From contig DMBU01000154.1 of the NCBI GenBank assembly GCA_003446015.1, positions 11,336 to 75,335 on the forward strand: a stretch of 64,000 nucleotides of DNA. The letters run 5' to 3'. The translations under genes and the position numbers were made by a program. Positions 60,584 to 64,000 of this stretch are shown here, one piece after another (position 1 is the stretch's first letter; each line of letters begins with the position of its first letter). The DNA comes from Bacteroidales bacterium. Lineage in GTDB: Bacteria > Bacteroidota > Bacteroidia > Bacteroidales > UBA12077. The notes under the pieces are model-generated. The model was not told where the DNA came from. It saw nothing but the letters and a program-made list of their open reading frames with translations, and ran no database searches.

Positions 60584-61300
60584 TTAATTAATATTCATAG
60601 GAACTTCAATTAATAATATTCGAGAATCACTTTCTGCTTTAATTTTAAACTCTTTCGTTTCCGAAATACCCAATGCATCGCGCATGTTTAATTCTTGATT
60701 TTCTATGGTTATTTTTCCATTAATTACAAACACATATACTCCATGATTGTTTCCTTTTAGGACATATTCTCCGGTCCAGGCTTGTTTCAGATTCCCCAAA
60801 TAAAACCAGGCATCCTGATGAATCCATACACCCTTATCATTTTTATTGGGAGAAACGATCTGAAACAGATCATTTTCCTTTTCAAAATCTTTGATAGATA
60901 TTTGATCGTATCGGGGTTCAACATTTTTTTTATTAGGGTAAACCCAAATTTGCAATAATTTTAATTCCTGATTTTTATTGTGATTAAACTCACTATGCTG
61001 AATGCCTGTTCCGGCACTCATAACTTGTATTTCGCCATGCCGGATTACACCGGAGTTTCCCATGTTATCTTTATGTTCTAAATCTCCACTTAACGGAATG
61101 GTAATAATTTCCATATTATCGTGAGGGTGTGTTCCAAAACCCTCCCCTGCTGCAATGGTATCATCGTTTAAAACCCGTAGTGCACCAAAATGTATTCTTT
61201 CAGGGTTATAATAGTCGGCAAAACTAAACGAAAAATGGGTGTTGAGCCATCCATGATCTGCTGAGCCTCTCGAATCTGCTTTGTGGTATATTGTTTTCAT
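60584..61300 (-). CDS. Pirin family protein (YhhW-like)
   Basis: HGWL, FSFADYY, GFGTHPHDNMEI, QVMSAGTGIQHSE, LQIW; start 61300 preferred. Confidence 0.93.
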   Translation of the reverse strand: MKTIYHKADSRGSADHGWLNTHFSFSFADYYNPERIHFGALRVLNDDTIAAGEGFGTHPHDNMEIITIPLSGDLEHKDNMGNSGVIRHGEIQVMSAGTGIQHSEFNHNKNQELKLLQIWVYPNKKNVEPRYDQISIKDFEKENDLFQIVSPNKNDKGVWIHQDAWFYLGNLKQAWTGEYVLKGNNHGVYVFVINGKITIENQELNMRDALGISETKEFKIKAESDSRILLIEVPMNIN

Positions 61301-61368
61301 TAATGTTTTTGTTGTTTTATAGCTAAACAACAAAAACATTAAAATGTTAAATAAAAGAAGATACAGAT

Positions 61369-62424
61369 TTATTTATCAATTAGAGTTTTCCTTTTAAGAA
61401 TACCTCCGTCCTTAGTTAAAAGAACAGCTACAGCCCTTGTTTGAGGAAACTCAGATAAGATAATAATCAACATTACGGTAATAGGAACACTTAAAACCAT
61501 TCCTATGATTCCCCAAATAGCTCCCCAGAAAGCTAAGCCAAACAATACTACCAACGGACTTACATTAAGAGAACTTCCTGTTAATTTAGGATCGATATAA
61601 TTTCCAACAATAAGCTGAATTGCACCAACAATGATTAAAACCCAAATGCCAGGCATTAATTCTCCAAATTGTAGCATAGCAAACATGGCAGGGAACGCTG
61701 TAGCTATTAGTGATCCAACGGCAGGGATATAATTCATTAAAAAGATCAAAAAGGCCCAAAATAATGGAGCATCTATGCCAATTAAAAGTAAAGCAATATA
61801 ACTTAGAGATCCGGTAAGTAAACTTATTAATGTTTTTACAGAGATATAACGACCAATCGATTTATCCAGCTGGCTTAAAACAGTTATTACGTCTTCTTGT
61901 TCTTCTTTTTTAGCGTATATTATGTTAATCTTTTTCGCGAAAAAAGGTTCTTCGAGTAAAAGGAATAAGGTATAAATTAGAATCAAAAAAGCATCTCCAA
62001 AAATTTCGGTTATTGAATTAAACAGTACCGATAAAAGATTGGTGTACTCGTACTTGCCAAGAAATTCTTTTGCGGAGCTAATAATATCAATATTAAACGT
62101 TGAATTTATGGCTGCAGTGATTTTTGTAATGTTATTTTGATAAACAGGTAGCTCAACCGACAACTGCTGAATGTTAACTGTAAGAATTTTAGCAATACCA
62201 CCAATGATGGCAAATATTACAGCAAAACCTATAATATTTAGAATGGTATTTGGTACTTTTTCATCAATAAATTTAACTCGGTTAAGCAGATCACGAATTT
62301 CTTTAATCAGAAACCAAAAGATAAGAGCAATCACAAAAGGAATAAGGAGGTTTTTTCCATAAATAAGCATAATTACTATTGCAAAGGAAATTAATAAACT
62401 ATTGGTTATGCGCGATGCTTTCAT
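61369..62424 (-). CDS. AI-2E family transporter
   Basis: NYIPAVGS, GNYIDPKLTG...LNVSP, GMVLSVP. Confidence 0.9.
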   Translation of the reverse strand: MKASRITNSLLISFAIVIMLIYGKNLLIPFVIALIFWFLIKEIRDLLNRVKFIDEKVPNTILNIIGFAVIFAIIGGIAKILTVNIQQLSVELPVYQNNITKITAAINSTFNIDIISSAKEFLGKYEYTNLLSVLFNSITEIFGDAFLILIYTLFLLLEEPFFAKKINIIYAKKEEQEDVITVLSQLDKSIGRYISVKTLISLLTGSLSYIALLLIGIDAPLFWAFLIFLMNYIPAVGSLIATAFPAMFAMLQFGELMPGIWVLIIVGAIQLIVGNYIDPKLTGSSLNVSPLVVLFGLAFWGAIWGIIGMVLSVPITVMLIIILSEFPQTRAVAVLLTKDGGILKRKTLIDK

Positions 62425-62484
62425 GGGTATTGATTTTGGTAAAAAAGATAAAATTAACTAATCTTTTAATAAAATGTAAAGTTA

Positions 62485-63366
62485 TTAAAGAGCTTTCTTT
62501 TTCTGTTTGGCAAAATGAACCATATAGATTCCGAAGATTACAATCAGCCCACCGGCAATTTGCCAAAGAGTAAGTTCTTCACCTAAAATCCAAAATGCAA
62601 ATATACCTGCTAAAACAGGTTGTGCAAGTAATGTTGGTGCAACCAGAGAAGCGGGTAAATATCCTTGTGCAAAATTGATTAAGAACCAGGCTCCAGCCTG
62701 AATCATTATTCCCATAATAAGAAACACAATCCAGGTGTTTGCTGAATATCCACTAAATTCATAATTCTGAATCAACATGGAAATCCCCAAAAAAACGGTT
62801 GTGGCTAGCGAGCTGATGAATAAAAAGGAAATTGTATTTAAATATTTTCTTCCTAGTTGTGCAAGAAGCATAAAACTTGCATAAAATATCCCTGCAAAAA
62901 GGCCTAAAATCAATCCTTTAAAAATCCCGTTAGGCTCAAAAAGATCCTGAATAATTAAAAAACTTACTCCGGTTAAAGCAATTGAAAGGCCGATCCAGAA
63001 TTTAGATGTTTGTCGTTCTTTTAAAAACAGAAATGCCCCTATCCCTACCCAAAGTGGTGCTAAATTTCCAACCAATGTTGGCATAGCAGCATTTGATGCC
63101 ATGATTCCTGCGGCCCACATAATCATATCTGTTGCAAGGCATAATCCTGCTATAATTGCAAAAAGAATTCCTCTGGAATTTAATTTCTCTTTACTTTTTA
63201 CTCGTGAAATGACAAAAGGAATGATAAGTGTAATTGTTCCAAAAAGTAATCGATAAAAAACTGAAACCGTTCCGGGAACTCCTGCATATTTTATGAGTAC
63301 GGGTGAAAAAGCAATAAGTATTGCTCCAAGAATAAGGAAAATATAAGATTTTTTTATGCTGTTCAT
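62485..63366 (-). CDS. DMT/EamA family transporter
   Basis: Ten TM segments, two EamA repeats (FLKE, ILGE), QPV motif; start 63366 preferred. Confidence 0.88.
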   Translation of the reverse strand: MNSIKKSYIFLILGAILIAFSPVLIKYAGVPGTVSVFYRLLFGTITLIIPFVISRVKSKEKLNSRGILFAIIAGLCLATDMIMWAAGIMASNAAMPTLVGNLAPLWVGIGAFLFLKERQTSKFWIGLSIALTGVSFLIIQDLFEPNGIFKGLILGLFAGIFYASFMLLAQLGRKYLNTISFLFISSLATTVFLGISMLIQNYEFSGYSANTWIVFLIMGIMIQAGAWFLINFAQGYLPASLVAPTLLAQPVLAGIFAFWILGEELTLWQIAGGLIVIFGIYMVHFAKQKKKAL

Positions 63367-63420
63367 TGCTCTAATTTTGTCGCAATGTAAATAAAATATC
63401 AAAATGAGGAATCGACTTGA

Positions 63421-64000
63421 CTATAAATTTAATGATTGTAAAAGGATTGGATCTCCATGTGAAGGATAAACGATATCAACGAACAAATTCTTCAGCTTTT
63501 TTAAATAATTCACGTTATGATTCTGACTACCTGGCAATAAACCTTCTTCATTTATAAGATCATCTAAAAATAATTCGCCATTTTCGGTTAAAACGCCAAC
63601 AGAATTTGAATGTCCTGGTAAATAAAGCACACGGGCATTTAATCCGAATTCTGAAAGATTAGATCCTTCGTCAATAATTAAGTCTGGTTTGAAGTTAGTT
63701 TTTTTTGAATTGGTAAAAAATGTGTTCTTAAATGATTTTAGTATAGAGTTCCAGAAATTAAAAGGTTCGGGTTCATTTATTAATTCCTTATCCAGAATGT
63801 GCAGTGCAATTTTTGATTTATACTTTTCTCGCATAAGTGAATAAGTGTTGTTATTATTAGAATTGTTGTGAGTAAAAATGATGAGATTTAGATTGAAGGA
63901 AATACATCCACGTAGGTTAAGTTCTTTTTCAAGTTGTTCGTAATTCGTTTTTTCACCTGTTACAATTAAAATGAATCCTTTTTGAGTTTCAATTAAGTAG
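63421..64000 (-). CDS. Metallo-beta-lactamase-fold protein with degenerate metal site, 5' end outside window
   Basis: Frame stays open to the window edge: YLIETQKGFILIVTG...IIFTHNNSNNNNTY...LPGHSNSVG...LFLDDL...VYPSHG. Confidence 0.7.
   Translation of the reverse strand, partial: YLIETQKGFILIVTGEKTNYEQLEKELNLRGCISFNLNLIIFTHNNSNNNNTYSLMREKYKSKIALHILDKELINEPEPFNFWNSILKSFKNTFFTNSKKTNFKPDLIIDEGSNLSEFGLNARVLYLPGHSNSVGVLTENGELFLDDLINEEGLLPGSQNHNVNYLKKLKNLFVDIVYPSHGDPILLQSLNL

Overview
AT-rich bacterial chromosomal window that looks like Bacteroidota, probably Bacteroidales/Marinilabiliales-like (T9SS C-terminal domains, TAnnTTTG promoter boxes, Bacteroidota-type gene families; taxonomy is inferred). 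It is densely coding, and I found no rRNA, tRNA, CRISPR array, prophage or intact IS. Main content: (1) an F-type ATP synthase gene string (bactofilin, atpI-like pair, atpBEFHAG; no atpD/atpC) interrupted by a V/A-type ATPase cassette (E, C/DUF2764, A, B, D, I, K) with its own predicted promoter and terminator; the K subunit has Na+-type and the c subunit H+-type residues; (2) inside the V-type operon, a four-helix-bundle (23S rRNA IVS protein-like) gene bracketed by inverted heptamer repeat arrays, a candidate small insertion or intervening element; (3) four tandem dCache-HAMP-GAF-coiled-coil(-PAS) membrane sensors with no recognisable output domain; (4) two hybrid histidine kinases, a PP2C phosphatase, efp, tsaB, a speA-speB-DHS-like polyamine operon, peptidases and transporters; (5) several unrelated small palindromic intergenic elements. 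All family assignments come from motif recognition by eye, not database searches.
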